From Fidelibacterota bacterium (GTDB taxonomy: Bacteria > Fidelibacterota > UBA2242), in the NCBI GenBank assembly GCA_049975265.1, contig JBNGDF010000014.1:5507-64406 (forward strand): a stretch of 58,900 nt of DNA, written 5' to 3'. How positions within the stretch are numbered: the first letter of the stretch is position 1; the number at the start of each line of letters is the position of its first letter. The notes under the pieces are model-generated. The model did not search any database. It worked only from the letters and a program-made list of their open reading frames with translations, and was not told the DNA's origin. Position numbers and translations under genes: made by a program. Positions 28,214 through 38,737 of this stretch are shown here, one piece after another.

Positions 28214-30301
28214 CTAAGCGTGCTTTGCGGCTTTTTTAGCCCGAACATCGGCAATGATACGTTCTTCGATCGGGCGTGGCAACGGCGCATACTTTAAAAA
28301 TTCCATGGAAAACGCCGCGCGACCACTGGAAATAGTGCGCAACGCCGAAGCGTAGCCAAACATTTCCATTAAAGGTACTGTTCCCGTCAATTTCTGAGAC
28401 CCTTTGCGATGCCGTCGCATGTTGTCAATCCTGCCGCGCCGCCGGTTGATATCACCGATCACATCACCCATATATTCGTCAGGTGTGTTGATTTCCAGTT
28501 TCATAATCGGTTCCTGCAGCTGCGGCGCCGCCCGGTGGATCACCTCGCGGAGTGCCTGGACCGTACAGGTTCGAAAAGCCATTTCACTGGAATCCACAGG
28601 ATGATAGCTGCCGTCAATCAGAACAAATCGTACATCCACCATCGGATAATCGGCGTACAGACCGTTGGTGACTGCATCGCGAAATGCCTTTTCCACTGAC
28701 GGTATGAATTCCCGGGGAATATTGCCACCCTTTACCAGATCGACAAAATCGATGCCCTGTTTCTCGTTGGGTTCGAGACGGAAAATGATATGTGCAAACT
28801 GCCCCTTGCCACCGGTCTGCTTTTTGAATTTGTAATTATGCTCTACCTCTCTTGTAATTGATTCTCGAAAAGCAACCGCCGGTTCACCGACACTGACATT
28901 GACCTTGTGCTCCGATTTCAGACGATCGACAATCACCTCCAGGTGCAGTTCCCCCATTCCGGAGATAATCGTCTCTTCGGTTTCTTCATCAAAGCGAACC
29001 TTAAAAGACGGATCTTCCAACGCCATTTTGCTCAGCGCCATGGAAAGTCGATCGCGCTCTTTTTTTGTCTCCGGTTCAATTTTCATATCCAGCACGGTTT
29101 CGGGATAGCGGATATTTTCCAGCAAAATCGGTTCATTCTCGTCACAGAGAGTATCACCAGTGGTGGTAAATTTACTCCCGATCAGAGCCCCGATGTCACC
29201 GGCTCGCAGGAGCTTCACCTCCTGCCGGTCATTGGCATGAATCCGCAGTATCCTGCCGATCCGCTCCCGTTTTCCCTTGGTGGAATTGAGTACATAGCTG
29301 CCGGATTCCAATTCACCTGAATAAACCCGGATAAAGGTCTGCTGCCCGACAAAAGCATCGTTGGTGATTTTAAACGCCAGCGCCGAGAAGGGTCGTTTGT
29401 ATGACGGTTTTCGCGACAGGACAATATCGGGATTCCGGATATCCACTCCGGTGACAATTCCGCGGTCAATCGGCGACGGCAGATAATCAACAACGGCATC
29501 CAGCAGCCGCCGTACCCCCTTATTTTTAAACGCCGATCCGCACAACACCGGAGTGATGCACAGATTCAAAACTGCATGCCTCGCCGCCGACTTTATGTCA
29601 GATTCGGTAATCTCCTCTTCCGCCAGATATTTTTCCATCAAAGGCTGATCGAAATCGGCTAACTTTTCAATCATAATCTCCCGGTGTTTGATCGCCTGTT
29701 GCCGGTAATGATCCGGAATATCCGATTCGATAATGTCGAGTTCGTTATAGGTGATCGCCTTCATGGAGATCAGATCGATGATCCCTTTGAATTCCGCTTC
29801 TTTTCCCCATGGTAATTGAAAAAGCACCGCATTGGCACCCAGCATCTCATTCATCTGTTCGACAGTATGGTAGATATCCGCACCCTGACGGTCCATCTTA
29901 TTGATAAAAGCAATACGCGGAACTTTATACCGGTCCGCCTGATGCCACACCGTCTCACTCTGCGGTTCCACACCGCCAACGGCACAAAAGACCATGACGA
30001 TCCCGTCCAGAACCCGCAGAGAGCGTTCCACTTCCAGTGTAAAATCAATATGTCCGGGAGTATCGATCAGGTTGATCTGATGCCGTTTCCACTCCGTGGT
30101 GATGGCGGCAGAAGTAATCGTAATGCCCCGCTCCTGCTCCTGCTTCATAAAATCCATCACTGCCTGACCGTCATGCACCTCGCCCATCTTGTGCGTGACC
30201 CCGGTAAAAAACAGAATCCGTTCACTGGTTGTTGTCTTTCCAGCGTCGATATGGGCAACAATTCCGATATTTCGGATTCGTTGTATTTCAGCATTTTCCA
30301 T
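28214..30301 (-). CDS. fusA: Elongation factor G (stand-alone copy)
   Basis: [53 protein letters not shown]. Confidence 0.95.
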   Translation of the reverse strand: MENAEIQRIRNIGIVAHIDAGKTTTSERILFFTGVTHKMGEVHDGQAVMDFMKQEQERGITITSAAITTEWKRHQINLIDTPGHIDFTLEVERSLRVLDGIVMVFCAVGGVEPQSETVWHQADRYKVPRIAFINKMDRQGADIYHTVEQMNEMLGANAVLFQLPWGKEAEFKGIIDLISMKAITYNELDIIESDIPDHYRQQAIKHREIMIEKLADFDQPLMEKYLAEEEITESDIKSAARHAVLNLCITPVLCGSAFKNKGVRRLLDAVVDYLPSPIDRGIVTGVDIRNPDIVLSRKPSYKRPFSALAFKITNDAFVGQQTFIRVYSGELESGSYVLNSTKGKRERIGRILRIHANDRQEVKLLRAGDIGALIGSKFTTTGDTLCDENEPILLENIRYPETVLDMKIEPETKKERDRLSMALSKMALEDPSFKVRFDEETEETIISGMGELHLEVIVDRLKSEHKVNVSVGEPAVAFRESITREVEHNYKFKKQTGGKGQFAHIIFRLEPNEKQGIDFVDLVKGGNIPREFIPSVEKAFRDAVTNGLYADYPMVDVRFVLIDGSYHPVDSSEMAFRTCTVQALREVIHRAAPQLQEPIMKLEINTPDEYMGDVIGDINRRRGRIDNMRRHRKGSQKLTGTVPLMEMFGYASALRTISSGRAAFSMEFLKYAPLPRPIEERIIADVRAKKAAKHA

Positions 30302-30509
30302 GAATAAGTCTCCTTAAAAATAAACAGGCGGCAAATTTAAGCCCTTTTCAGTTAAAACCAAACGGTAATTTACCGAAAATGTATCACTATATTACACCGG
30401 ATTAAGGTGTATGTTTCCACGATACTGCCACCAATTCATCCTCCCTACTGGTTTATCGAATCAGTGGATCACTGCGAGGAAATAGTGCATTTTTTGGCAA
30501 TCCGGTGGA

Positions 30510-31055
30510 CTAGGGCTGATAATACCGGCGAATTTTGTCCAGCGAGTGCCGGCGGCGCTCCTTTTGATAGTTGGGATCCAGAGGATAGCCCAGACTGATC
30601 AGGACATCGATCCGGGTCGATTTTGGCAGATTCAGTGCCTTTCGGACACCCCGGGCGCTGAACCAGCCCAGCCAGCAGGTTCCCAAGCCGAGTTCCTCCG
30701 CCTGAAGCACCAGATGCTCACCGGCAATTCCAATATCGATTAGGCTGTATTTCGTATTTCGTAAATGATTCCCCATACGGGTGATATAGTCGGCTTTTTC
30801 GGTAATCACGACGATCAGAACCGGCGCCCTGCCGGCAAAGCGGGTGCTTTTATAGATTCCGGTAAAAGCAGATTCTGATATTTTCTGAATGGTAGTCGGA
30901 TCATCGATCACAATAAAAGACCAGGGCTGTGAATTTCTCGCAGATGGCGCCAGACGGGCAGCCTCCAGACATTTATCAATCAGCCCGCGGTCAACTCTCC
31001 GATCCGAATATTTTCGAGTTGATTGACGCTTTTTGACCAATTCTGAAAAATTCAT
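30510..31055 (-). CDS. Nitroreductase family protein
   Basis: RQSTRKY, APSARNSQPW, GLGTCWLG, SLGYP. Confidence 0.92.
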   Translation of the reverse strand: MNFSELVKKRQSTRKYSDRRVDRGLIDKCLEAARLAPSARNSQPWSFIVIDDPTTIQKISESAFTGIYKSTRFAGRAPVLIVVITEKADYITRMGNHLRNTKYSLIDIGIAGEHLVLQAEELGLGTCWLGWFSARGVRKALNLPKSTRIDVLISLGYPLDPNYQKERRRHSLDKIRRYYQP

Positions 31056-31056
31056 T

Positions 31057-32763
31057 CTACTCCGCTAAAAGTTCCCGTGCCTGTTGGCGGGTCGTTTCCG
31101 TTACAGTGGCACCGCCGATCAGGAGGGCAATTTCTTCGATTCTGGCATCATTGTCAAGACGCTGGATGTTGGTCTGACTGCGCCCGTCATCAGATTGCTT
31201 GTACACCCGGTAATGGTGCTTTCCCAGTCCGGCAATTTGCGGCAGATGGGTAATGCAAATGACCTGGTGCACCTCCGCCAGTGATTTCAGCTGGCGACCG
31301 ACGATCTGGGCAACTTTTCCGGAAATCCCCGTATCGATCTCATCAAAAATCACTACCGGTATCTGGTCCTTGCCTGCCATAATCGATTTCAGCGCCAGCA
31401 TGATGCGGGATATCTCGCCACCGGATACAATCTCAATCAGCGATCGCAGCGGTTCACCGGGATTGGTGCTAATCAGAAACAGCACCTTGTCAATTCCTTG
31501 GCTATCGCAGCGCAGTGACCGGTCATCGATAACAATCCAGCCGTTTTCCGCCACCACCGGTTCGATCTGTACGGAAAATTGACCGCCCGGTATCCCCAAC
31601 CGTGTCAGTGCCCTGACAATCTCCTGCTCAAATTTTTGTGCTGTTCGCCTGCGCTCAGAGGAAAGTCGCAGCGCCAGCTCAGCGTACCATTTCTTCGATT
31701 TTTCGATCTCTTTCTCAATTTTCCGAATGTCATCGTCAAGGGTATCATCGGCGGCAAGGGCTTTCCCGATTTTTTCTTTGTATTTCAGAATTTCCGTAAT
31801 CGAGGTACCATATTTTTTCTGCAGCTGCTGGATTTGATACAAACGCTGATTGACATATTCAATCCGACCAGGATCAAATTGAAGACTTTGGATATAGGCG
31901 GATAAGCGGTTCGCCAGTTCCTGAATGGTAAATTTCATCTCTTCGAATCGAGCCAGTTCATCGGAAAATTCGGAGTCGATCTCATTGAGCGTCGTCAGTT
32001 TACGGTTGATTTCCAAAACTTGCTGGTAAAGGGTCTGATCGTCGGCTTCGTACAGCGCATTGGTCAATTCCTCGGCTATCCGGTAGATCTTTTCGGCATT
32101 ATCGAGCAGGATTTTTTCCTTTCGCAATTTTTCATCTTCATCCTCCAGCGGGGCAATCTTTTCGATCTCGCGGAGTTGAAATTCCCAGAGCTCCCGCTTT
32201 TCGCGATTCAGATTACGTTTTTCGCTTAAAACCGACAGACGCTCAATAAGATGACACAATTCCCAATAGGCATCATGGACACTCTGTTTTAAGTCCTGAT
32301 AATTACCAAAAGCATCCAGAAATTCAATGTGATTTTCCTCCCTCAGCAGCGATTGATGATCGTGCTGACCGTGCAAATCCACCAGCAGGTCACCGGCGGA
32401 TTTGAGGACATTGATCGGACACTGCGTCTGATTGATCCAGGCTTTGGATCGACCGTTAATATTTAACTCTCGCCTGAATTCGATCGTATCGCCATTGACG
32501 GAAATATTGTGTTCCCGAACAAAGCGAACCGCTGGATGGTCGCTGCCCAGACCACCAAATTCACACTCAATCAGCGCTGAATCGGCACCGGCTCGAATCA
32601 AGTTGGGATTTGCCTTTTCACCCAGCGCCAGATTGAGAGCATCGATAATAATCGATTTACCGGCACCGGTCTCACCGGTTATAATTGAAAAACCATCAAA
32701 AAATTCAACCGACAGCTGCCCGATGATGGCAAAATTGAAAATTTTTAGTCTCTTTAATCCCAT
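31057..32763 (-). CDS. recN: DNA repair protein RecN
   Basis: TGETGAGKS, HGQHDHQ, TNPGEP, SGGEISRIML, FDEIDTG, ITHLPQIA. Confidence 0.97.
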   Translation of the reverse strand: MGLKRLKIFNFAIIGQLSVEFFDGFSIITGETGAGKSIIIDALNLALGEKANPNLIRAGADSALIECEFGGLGSDHPAVRFVREHNISVNGDTIEFRRELNINGRSKAWINQTQCPINVLKSAGDLLVDLHGQHDHQSLLREENHIEFLDAFGNYQDLKQSVHDAYWELCHLIERLSVLSEKRNLNREKRELWEFQLREIEKIAPLEDEDEKLRKEKILLDNAEKIYRIAEELTNALYEADDQTLYQQVLEINRKLTTLNEIDSEFSDELARFEEMKFTIQELANRLSAYIQSLQFDPGRIEYVNQRLYQIQQLQKKYGTSITEILKYKEKIGKALAADDTLDDDIRKIEKEIEKSKKWYAELALRLSSERRRTAQKFEQEIVRALTRLGIPGGQFSVQIEPVVAENGWIVIDDRSLRCDSQGIDKVLFLISTNPGEPLRSLIEIVSGGEISRIMLALKSIMAGKDQIPVVIFDEIDTGISGKVAQIVGRQLKSLAEVHQVICITHLPQIAGLGKHHYRVYKQSDDGRSQTNIQRLDNDARIEEIALLIGGATVTETTRQQARELLAE

Positions 32764-32780
32764 TTCCGCCTGACAAAGTT

Positions 32781-33188
32781 CTATTTATGCGAAGTTTTCT
32801 GATAGATAATACCATCGCCGGAATTATCATAACGCATCAGTTTTTTATACAGGTAGATTCCCAGAATCAGACCGAAAGCATCCGCAAAAAAATCACTCCA
32901 TGTACAGTCCCGCCCCGCAACATACAGCTGATGAAATTCATCGGATGCCGCATACAGAAATCCCACAAAAGCACTGACGAACAGAGCATGTGCCCGGAAA
33001 AAATTCTTTTTCGCGTTGGTAAACGCCAGCATTAGCGTCAAACCGTAGACCAGATATTCCAGTATATGCAAGATTTTATCGAATCCGAATATCGGGACCT
33101 GAGGCAGCTGGCGCTGAGGTAATGACGACAGATAAAAGATTAAGATGCTGTACAGTATTGCCGGTAATTTGAACAGATGTTTCCGCAC
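32781..33188 (-). CDS. VanZ family membrane protein
   Basis: DKILHILEY, YAASDEFHQLYVAGR...DFFAD. Confidence 0.9.
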   Translation of the reverse strand: MRKHLFKLPAILYSILIFYLSSLPQRQLPQVPIFGFDKILHILEYLVYGLTLMLAFTNAKKNFFRAHALFVSAFVGFLYAASDEFHQLYVAGRDCTWSDFFADAFGLILGIYLYKKLMRYDNSGDGIIYQKTSHK

Positions 33189-34744
33189 TAAACAACCTTT
33201 TCGAATTCTTGCAATACACCGGGAATATATGACAACAAATCGCCGGCGATCAGTCCGCGTACACCCAGGTTTTCACGGCCGTAATCCGCCGCCAACCCAT
33301 GGACATATACCGCCGCAACAGCGGCATCATAGGCGCTCATTTTCTGGGCACGTAATCCGGCAATCAATCCGGTCAGAATATCCCCGGTTCCACCGGTGGC
33401 AAGCGCCGGATTGCCGGTGCTGTTGACAGCCACATGCCCCTCGCGTGACACCACCACCGTCGGTGCACCTTTCAGCACAAGTGTACAGGGATAATTCAGA
33501 ACAAATTGCCGACCAGCATCAATGATATTGGTCTTCAGATCGGACACAGCTTGACCGGTAATCATCGCAAATTCACCCAAATGAGGCGTGAGAATCAAAT
33601 CTTTGGTTGTTTTAATCATTTCTAAATGATTTTGAAAAACTCGCAATCCATCGGCATCAACGACGATAGGCTTATCAACGGACTGTAACAGGTCACGTCC
33701 AAATTCCAGAGTCTCTTCATTGGTTGAAACGCCGGGACCAAATACCACCACGTCACTCCATTCGATCCGTTCGGTGGCGGCTTGCAATGCCGCCCGGCTG
33801 AACGTGCCGAACATGGTTTCCGGCAGCGGCAGTGACAATGTTTCCGTATTTTTTATTTCCATGACAAGATTCAGACTTTTCGGAATGGCGCTAACGACCA
33901 AACCGGCACCGCTGCGCAGTGCCGCCTGGGCAGCCAGACAGGCGGCTCCCGTCATGCCGGGCGAACCGGCAAAAAGCAGTACTTTCCCCTGCCGGTGCTT
34001 ATATGTATCATCTGGAATTGGGGGTAGTATATGGCTAATAATCTTTTTATCCACAAGGTAGGTTTCATACTCCAGCGTCGCAAACGCCCTGGCTGGATAT
34101 TTCAAATCCGCTAGAAATATCTCGCCAGCCAGGCGTTTCCCCGGCTGAAAAAACAAGCCCCGTTTTAAAAATCCCATCGTAACCGTGACGGTGGCTTCGA
34201 CTGCCACTCCGCCGACCTGACCGGTGTCACCACTGACACCGGATGGTATATCCACGGCAATGACCGGGCGACCAGAACGATTAATAATGTCGATCAGTTC
34301 CTTAATCATCCCATTTACCTCGCCCCGGAAACCGGTTCCCAACAGGGCATCAATAATCAGGTCGCTCTGGGCAATTTCCTTAACCGTCGGTAACTCACGC
34401 TGCCCCTTGAGATTTCGAATGGAAATAGGTTTTTCCAGACACTGTTCGTAATAGTGACGGGCGTCGCCCTCTATTTTTTCCGGTTCACCTGCCAGCCAGA
34501 TATTGACAGTCACCCCCCAGTCGGACAGCTGCTGTGCAGCTACAAATCCATCTCCGCCATTATTGCCGGTGCCGCAGAATATATCCACCTGGCTACCAGG
34601 TACATGCTTCAGGTATTTCTTCGTCTTTCTGGACACATAACTGCCGGCTTTTTTCATGAGTTCAACACCCGGGATTCCCAGCGTATGAATCGCATATTGA
34701 TCCACTCTATGGGCTTCGCTATTTGTTAAAATCCATTCTTTCAT
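33188..34744 (-). CDS. nnr: Bifunctional NAD(P)HX epimerase/dehydratase
   Basis: CGTGNNGGDG, DALLGTG, AVDIPSG, GMTGAA, VVDADG, LTPHLGE, LATGGTGD. Confidence 0.95.
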   Translation of the reverse strand: MKEWILTNSEAHRVDQYAIHTLGIPGVELMKKAGSYVSRKTKKYLKHVPGSQVDIFCGTGNNGGDGFVAAQQLSDWGVTVNIWLAGEPEKIEGDARHYYEQCLEKPISIRNLKGQRELPTVKEIAQSDLIIDALLGTGFRGEVNGMIKELIDIINRSGRPVIAVDIPSGVSGDTGQVGGVAVEATVTVTMGFLKRGLFFQPGKRLAGEIFLADLKYPARAFATLEYETYLVDKKIISHILPPIPDDTYKHRQGKVLLFAGSPGMTGAACLAAQAALRSGAGLVVSAIPKSLNLVMEIKNTETLSLPLPETMFGTFSRAALQAATERIEWSDVVVFGPGVSTNEETLEFGRDLLQSVDKPIVVDADGLRVFQNHLEMIKTTKDLILTPHLGEFAMITGQAVSDLKTNIIDAGRQFVLNYPCTLVLKGAPTVVVSREGHVAVNSTGNPALATGGTGDILTGLIAGLRAQKMSAYDAAVAAVYVHGLAADYGRENLGVRGLIAGDLLSYIPGVLQEFEKVV

Positions 34745-34800
34745 GCTGTGATTCTGTTGCTATTGATTGTTAAAAATCCACTTTTGTTTAATGTCATGTA

Positions 34801-34829
34801 AAAATACTAAGAAATCAATACTCATGCAA
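34801..34829 (-). promoter_or_regulatory. Putative sigma70 promoter for nnr-vanZ-recN
   Basis: TTGCAT-17 nt-TATTTT. Confidence 0.5.
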
Positions 34830-34834
34830 AAAAT

Positions 34835-34861
34835 AAAAAGGGGTAAGAAATTTCTTACCCC
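34835..34861 (-). terminator. Intrinsic terminator after the TPR gene
   Basis: Perfect palindrome GGGGTAAGAAATTTCTTACCCC followed by T5 on the minus strand. Confidence 0.85.
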
Positions 34862-34885
34862 CCGTTTTGTCAGATAAATGTCGGT

Positions 34886-36187
34886 TTATTGAACGGTTTT
34901 TAACTCGTATTCGGCGACCGGTTTCCATTTTGGGTCCCGTGATGCAATCAGAAACGCCTGCCGGGCTGCGGTTCGATTACCTAGACACCGCTCGGCAATC
35001 CCGAGTTCAATCAACACGGGTGCCCAGTTAGGTTTAACCCTTAGCGCAGCCTGGGCGGTCTCCTTCGCCTTTTCACATTTGCCGACATTGTTATAGGCTT
35101 GTGAAAGACGGTACATGCTGGCAACGTCGCGCGGATTAAATTCAACGGCTTTGTTCAGACTGGTCACGGCTTCACTGTACTTTTTCTGTTCAAGATAAAT
35201 CGCACCCATATTGGCATAGGCGGAAGCGTAGCGGGGCTCCAGCTTGACAACCTCTTTATAAGCGGGAATCGCCAGATCATACTGCTTGGTCTTGTAATAG
35301 ATGTAACCGATATTTTTCCAGGCATCGATATACGCCGGATCGATTTCGATGGCTTTTTTAAAGGCGCTGATGGCACCGGCAATATCGTTCATCGAAGTCA
35401 GCACCTTACCCTTAACCAGATAAGCCTTCGGATACTCCGGATCGAGTTCGATACTCCGATTGACGCTCAGAAGCGCCGAGGCGGCATCTCTCTGCTCCAA
35501 ATAAACCACCGCCATAAAATAATGCGCCATGGGATCTTCAGGGTTCAGGCTGGCAGCCTGTTGAAATTTTTCCAGCGCCGCCGAATAACTTTTACGCTGA
35601 ATCAATTGCGTACCTTCGTGGATAAAACGTCGTGTAAGGGATTCAAACTCCTTCTTGATATCTTCGTTCTCCGGTTCCATTTCCATGGCTTTTTGAAAAT
35701 TTTTCGCCGCACTATCCAGGTCCTCCAGTCGGACACAAACCCGTCCCAGATCAACATAAGCATTGACAAAATTCGGATTCTCTTTAATAATCTCCTGATA
35801 TACTTTTCGCGCACCTTCATAATCGGAATTATTATACAAACGTGATGCTTCGGTTAATTTACTGGCAAAGGCAGCCATTTCATTGCGGGTATCGCGATAT
35901 TCCTGATTAGCGAGGTCCTTTTCAATGGCTTTGTCAATCAACTCTCTCGCCTTGTCCAGATTGCCCAATTTGAAATATATTTTCCCCAGCAGGTAAATTG
36001 CGGCGGTATATTCCGGATCCTCTTGCAGAATCGGCTCAACGATTGAGCTGGCTTCTTCGTATTCTCCCGCCAGGAACAGATCGTTCGCCCGCACCAGATC
36101 GTTGGTACTTTGAGCGGACAGTACCGAAGTCCAGAGCAGACATATCAACCCGATGGTCAGAATCTTTTTTGATCTTAGTAATTTCAT
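34886..36187 (-). CDS. Secreted tetratricopeptide-repeat protein
   Basis: Signal peptide followed by roughly ten TPR repeats (e.g. AIEIDPAYIDAWKNIG); GGGGAG SD before ATG 36187. Confidence 0.9.
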   Translation of the reverse strand: MKLLRSKKILTIGLICLLWTSVLSAQSTNDLVRANDLFLAGEYEEASSIVEPILQEDPEYTAAIYLLGKIYFKLGNLDKARELIDKAIEKDLANQEYRDTRNEMAAFASKLTEASRLYNNSDYEGARKVYQEIIKENPNFVNAYVDLGRVCVRLEDLDSAAKNFQKAMEMEPENEDIKKEFESLTRRFIHEGTQLIQRKSYSAALEKFQQAASLNPEDPMAHYFMAVVYLEQRDAASALLSVNRSIELDPEYPKAYLVKGKVLTSMNDIAGAISAFKKAIEIDPAYIDAWKNIGYIYYKTKQYDLAIPAYKEVVKLEPRYASAYANMGAIYLEQKKYSEAVTSLNKAVEFNPRDVASMYRLSQAYNNVGKCEKAKETAQAALRVKPNWAPVLIELGIAERCLGNRTAARQAFLIASRDPKWKPVAEYELKTVQ

Positions 36188-36216
36188 TGGTCTCCCCATG
36201 TTAATCTACATTCCTG

Positions 36217-36300
36217 TGCCGAAGACGGGACTCGAACCCGTACAGGCTATCGCCCACATGGCCCTCAACCATGCGTGTCTACCAATTCCACCACCTCGGC
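36217..36300 (-). tRNA. tRNA-Leu (GAG), CCA not encoded
   Basis: GCCGAGG-TGGTGGAATTGGTAGACACG-CATGG TTGAGGG CCATG-long variable arm-ACGGG TTCGAGT CCCGT-CTTCGGC-A; canonical secG-tRNA-Leu synteny. Confidence 0.97.
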
Positions 36301-36327
36301 TTCTTCATAGTGTAAAATATCCCGCGG

Positions 36328-36681
36328 CTATTCTGTTACCGGCAGATCTCCGGCATCTTCCCCCTCAAAGGTGCCTGCCGGGACCGGCAGATTGGCTGAT
36401 GGCGTCACTCTTTTGTCGGCTTCACGTTTGATGACACTGGTTGCCTCACCCCGCGGCGCCGACATCAGGCTGATCAGAATCGAAATAACAAAAAATGCCA
36501 CTGCCAATCCTGTCGTCAATTTTGACAAAAACGTTGCCGCTTCACGCCCGCCGAACAGAGCGCTTCCGCCGGCACCCCCAAAGGTTCCCGACAGACCGCC
36601 GCCTTTGCTGGACTGCATTAAAATAACCAGCGTCAGCAGCAGCGAAATCAGGACATGCAGAACAACTAAAAATGTATACAC
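36328..36681 (-). CDS. secG: Preprotein translocase subunit SecG
   Basis: ILMQSSKGGGLSGTFGG, FLSKLT; located after tpiA. Confidence 0.95.
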   Translation of the reverse strand: MYTFLVVLHVLISLLLTLVILMQSSKGGGLSGTFGGAGGSALFGGREAATFLSKLTTGLAVAFFVISILISLMSAPRGEATSVIKREADKRVTPSANLPVPAGTFEGEDAGDLPVTE

Positions 36682-37460
36682 TATTTCTCCTGTTTTTTTG
36701 AAAAATTTTCCACAGCGTTTACGATATCCACAAAGGAATCAACTTTCAGGCTTGCGCCGCCGATCAGAAAACCGTCAATGTCATCAGTGGCGATCAGTTC
36801 GTCAGCGTTTTCCGGTTTGACGCTACCGCCGTACAGAATACGCATATCGGCAGCGGTTGCATCATCATACTGTTCAGCCATCATTTTGCGAATTTCCCGG
36901 TGCGCTTCAGCAGCCTGATCCGGAGTCGCCACCACACCGGTACCTATCGCCCAAACCGGCTCATAGGCGATCACACAATTTTCTATCCCAGCTTTCGACA
37001 CACCGGCAAAAGCGCTCGTATATTGCCTTTTCAGCACCTCCAGGGTCTGATGGTGTTTGCGCTGCTCCAGGGTTTCTCCCACGCAGAGAATCGGCTTCAG
37101 GCTGTACTCCAGAGCCTTTAATACCTTGGCATGAATGCCTTCATCGGTTTCTCCGAATACGTGCCGTCTCTCTGAGTGTCCCAGAATTACAAAATCACAA
37201 TGCGCCGATGTAAGCATCCCGGCTGAGATTTCACCGGTAAAAGCACCTGAATCCGCCTGATGCATATTCTGAGCACCAAGATAAAGATTTGTTTTCTTAA
37301 GTATTTCGCCAATGTTAAAAAGCGACGTAAAGGGCGGGCATAATATAACGTCGGTCAATTGGATATTCAACAGATATTTCGTCAGCTGATTTGTGAATTC
37401 CAGAGACTCCGGAACATTCTTATTCATTTTCCAATTGGCTGCTGCAATAAAGCGTTTCAT
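36681..37460 (-). CDS. tpiA: Triosephosphate isomerase
   Basis: ANWKMN, GAFTGEIS, GHSERR, AYEPVWAIGTG, YGGSVK, LIGGASL. Confidence 0.98.
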   Translation of the reverse strand: MKRFIAAANWKMNKNVPESLEFTNQLTKYLLNIQLTDVILCPPFTSLFNIGEILKKTNLYLGAQNMHQADSGAFTGEISAGMLTSAHCDFVILGHSERRHVFGETDEGIHAKVLKALEYSLKPILCVGETLEQRKHHQTLEVLKRQYTSAFAGVSKAGIENCVIAYEPVWAIGTGVVATPDQAAEAHREIRKMMAEQYDDATAADMRILYGGSVKPENADELIATDDIDGFLIGGASLKVDSFVDIVNAVENFSKKQEK

Positions 37461-37466
37461 AATTCC

Positions 37467-38663
37467 CTACTTTTCCGATATAAGTGTTATGGGTACCAGC
37501 TCCAAACCGCTCAGCAATTCCAGAGAAGCGCCGCCACCGGTGGAAACATGGGACACTTTGTCCATCAGTTTGAATTTTTTTATCGCCGATGCCGAATCAC
37601 CGCCGCCGATGACCGTCACCGCTCCCTTTGTGGTGATCTCTGCCAGGGTTCTTGCGATGGATTCTGTTCCGGTGGAAAATTGTTGAATTTCAAACACTCC
37701 CATCGGACCATTCCATAAAACCGTCTTGCTCTCCTTTAAAACATTGTTGAAAAGCATACAGGTTTCCGGTCCGATATCCACACCGATTTTATCCTGTGGA
37801 ATCTGATCCGCACTGACGACCTCCACCGTGGCACCTTCGGTAATTTCATCGGTGATGACTACATCGGAGGGCAGCAAGACCCGGCAGCCGTGTTTCGCGG
37901 CTTTCGTAAGTGTTTCTCTGGCTAATTGGAGTTTGTCCTCCTCCAGTAACGACTTTCCGATCTCTTTGCCTTGCGCTTTCAGAAAGGTGTATGCCATCCC
38001 GCCACCGATGAGGATATTGTCCACCTTCCCGAATAGTCTCTCAATAATTTCGATTTTCCCGGTTACCTTGGCACCGCCCAGTACGGCTGTGTAGGGCTTT
38101 TTGGGTTCAGAGAGATAATCGTGCAGATAATGCAGCTCCTTCTGCAGAAGATAACCCGCCGCCCGCTGAGAAAAATGCCGGGCGACCCCCGCCATGGAAG
38201 CGTGCTCCCGGTGACTGGTTCCAAAAGCATCATTGACATAAATATCCGCCAGAGCTGCCAACTGCGCCGACAATTCGGCACCGTTTTTCGTTTCTTCCTC
38301 GTAAAAACGCAGGTTTTCCAGTAATAAAATCTCGCCTTCCTTGAGATTATCGGTCATTTTTCGGACCTCATCACCAATGCAATCCGGTGCAAAATAAACC
38401 TTGTTGGTCAATAATTCACTCAGTCGCTCCGCTACCGGACGCAAACTGAATTTGGGGTCCTTTTTCCCCTTTGGGCGACCAAGATGAGACATCAAAATTA
38501 CTTTTGCGCCACCGGCAAGCAACTTTCTGACCGTCGGCAGTGCAGCTTTAATCCGGAAATCCGAGGTAATGTTCTGATTTTCATCCAGGGGAACATTGAA
38601 ATCCACCCGAACCAGTACCTTTTTCCCTTTAACGTCTAAATCATCAATGGTTAAACGTGCCAT
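37467..38663 (-). CDS. pgk: Phosphoglycerate kinase
   Basis: RVDFNVP, SHLGRPKG, LENLRF, NDAFGTSHR, WNGPMGVFE, STGGGASLE. Start at ATG 38663. Confidence 0.98.
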   Translation of the reverse strand: MARLTIDDLDVKGKKVLVRVDFNVPLDENQNITSDFRIKAALPTVRKLLAGGAKVILMSHLGRPKGKKDPKFSLRPVAERLSELLTNKVYFAPDCIGDEVRKMTDNLKEGEILLLENLRFYEEETKNGAELSAQLAALADIYVNDAFGTSHREHASMAGVARHFSQRAAGYLLQKELHYLHDYLSEPKKPYTAVLGGAKVTGKIEIIERLFGKVDNILIGGGMAYTFLKAQGKEIGKSLLEEDKLQLARETLTKAAKHGCRVLLPSDVVITDEITEGATVEVVSADQIPQDKIGVDIGPETCMLFNNVLKESKTVLWNGPMGVFEIQQFSTGTESIARTLAEITTKGAVTVIGGGDSASAIKKFKLMDKVSHVSTGGGASLELLSGLELVPITLISEK

Positions 38664-38697
38664 ATTGAGTCCTTCTCCTTTTTTAAGATAACTTAGA

Positions 38698-38726
38698 ATT
38701 TTACCTTTTTCAGGCCTTTTATCCAA
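38698..38726 (-). promoter_or_regulatory. Putative sigma70 promoter for pgk-tpiA-secG
   Basis: TTGGAT-17 nt-TAAAAT. Confidence 0.55.
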
Positions 38727-38737
38727 GGAAAATATGA

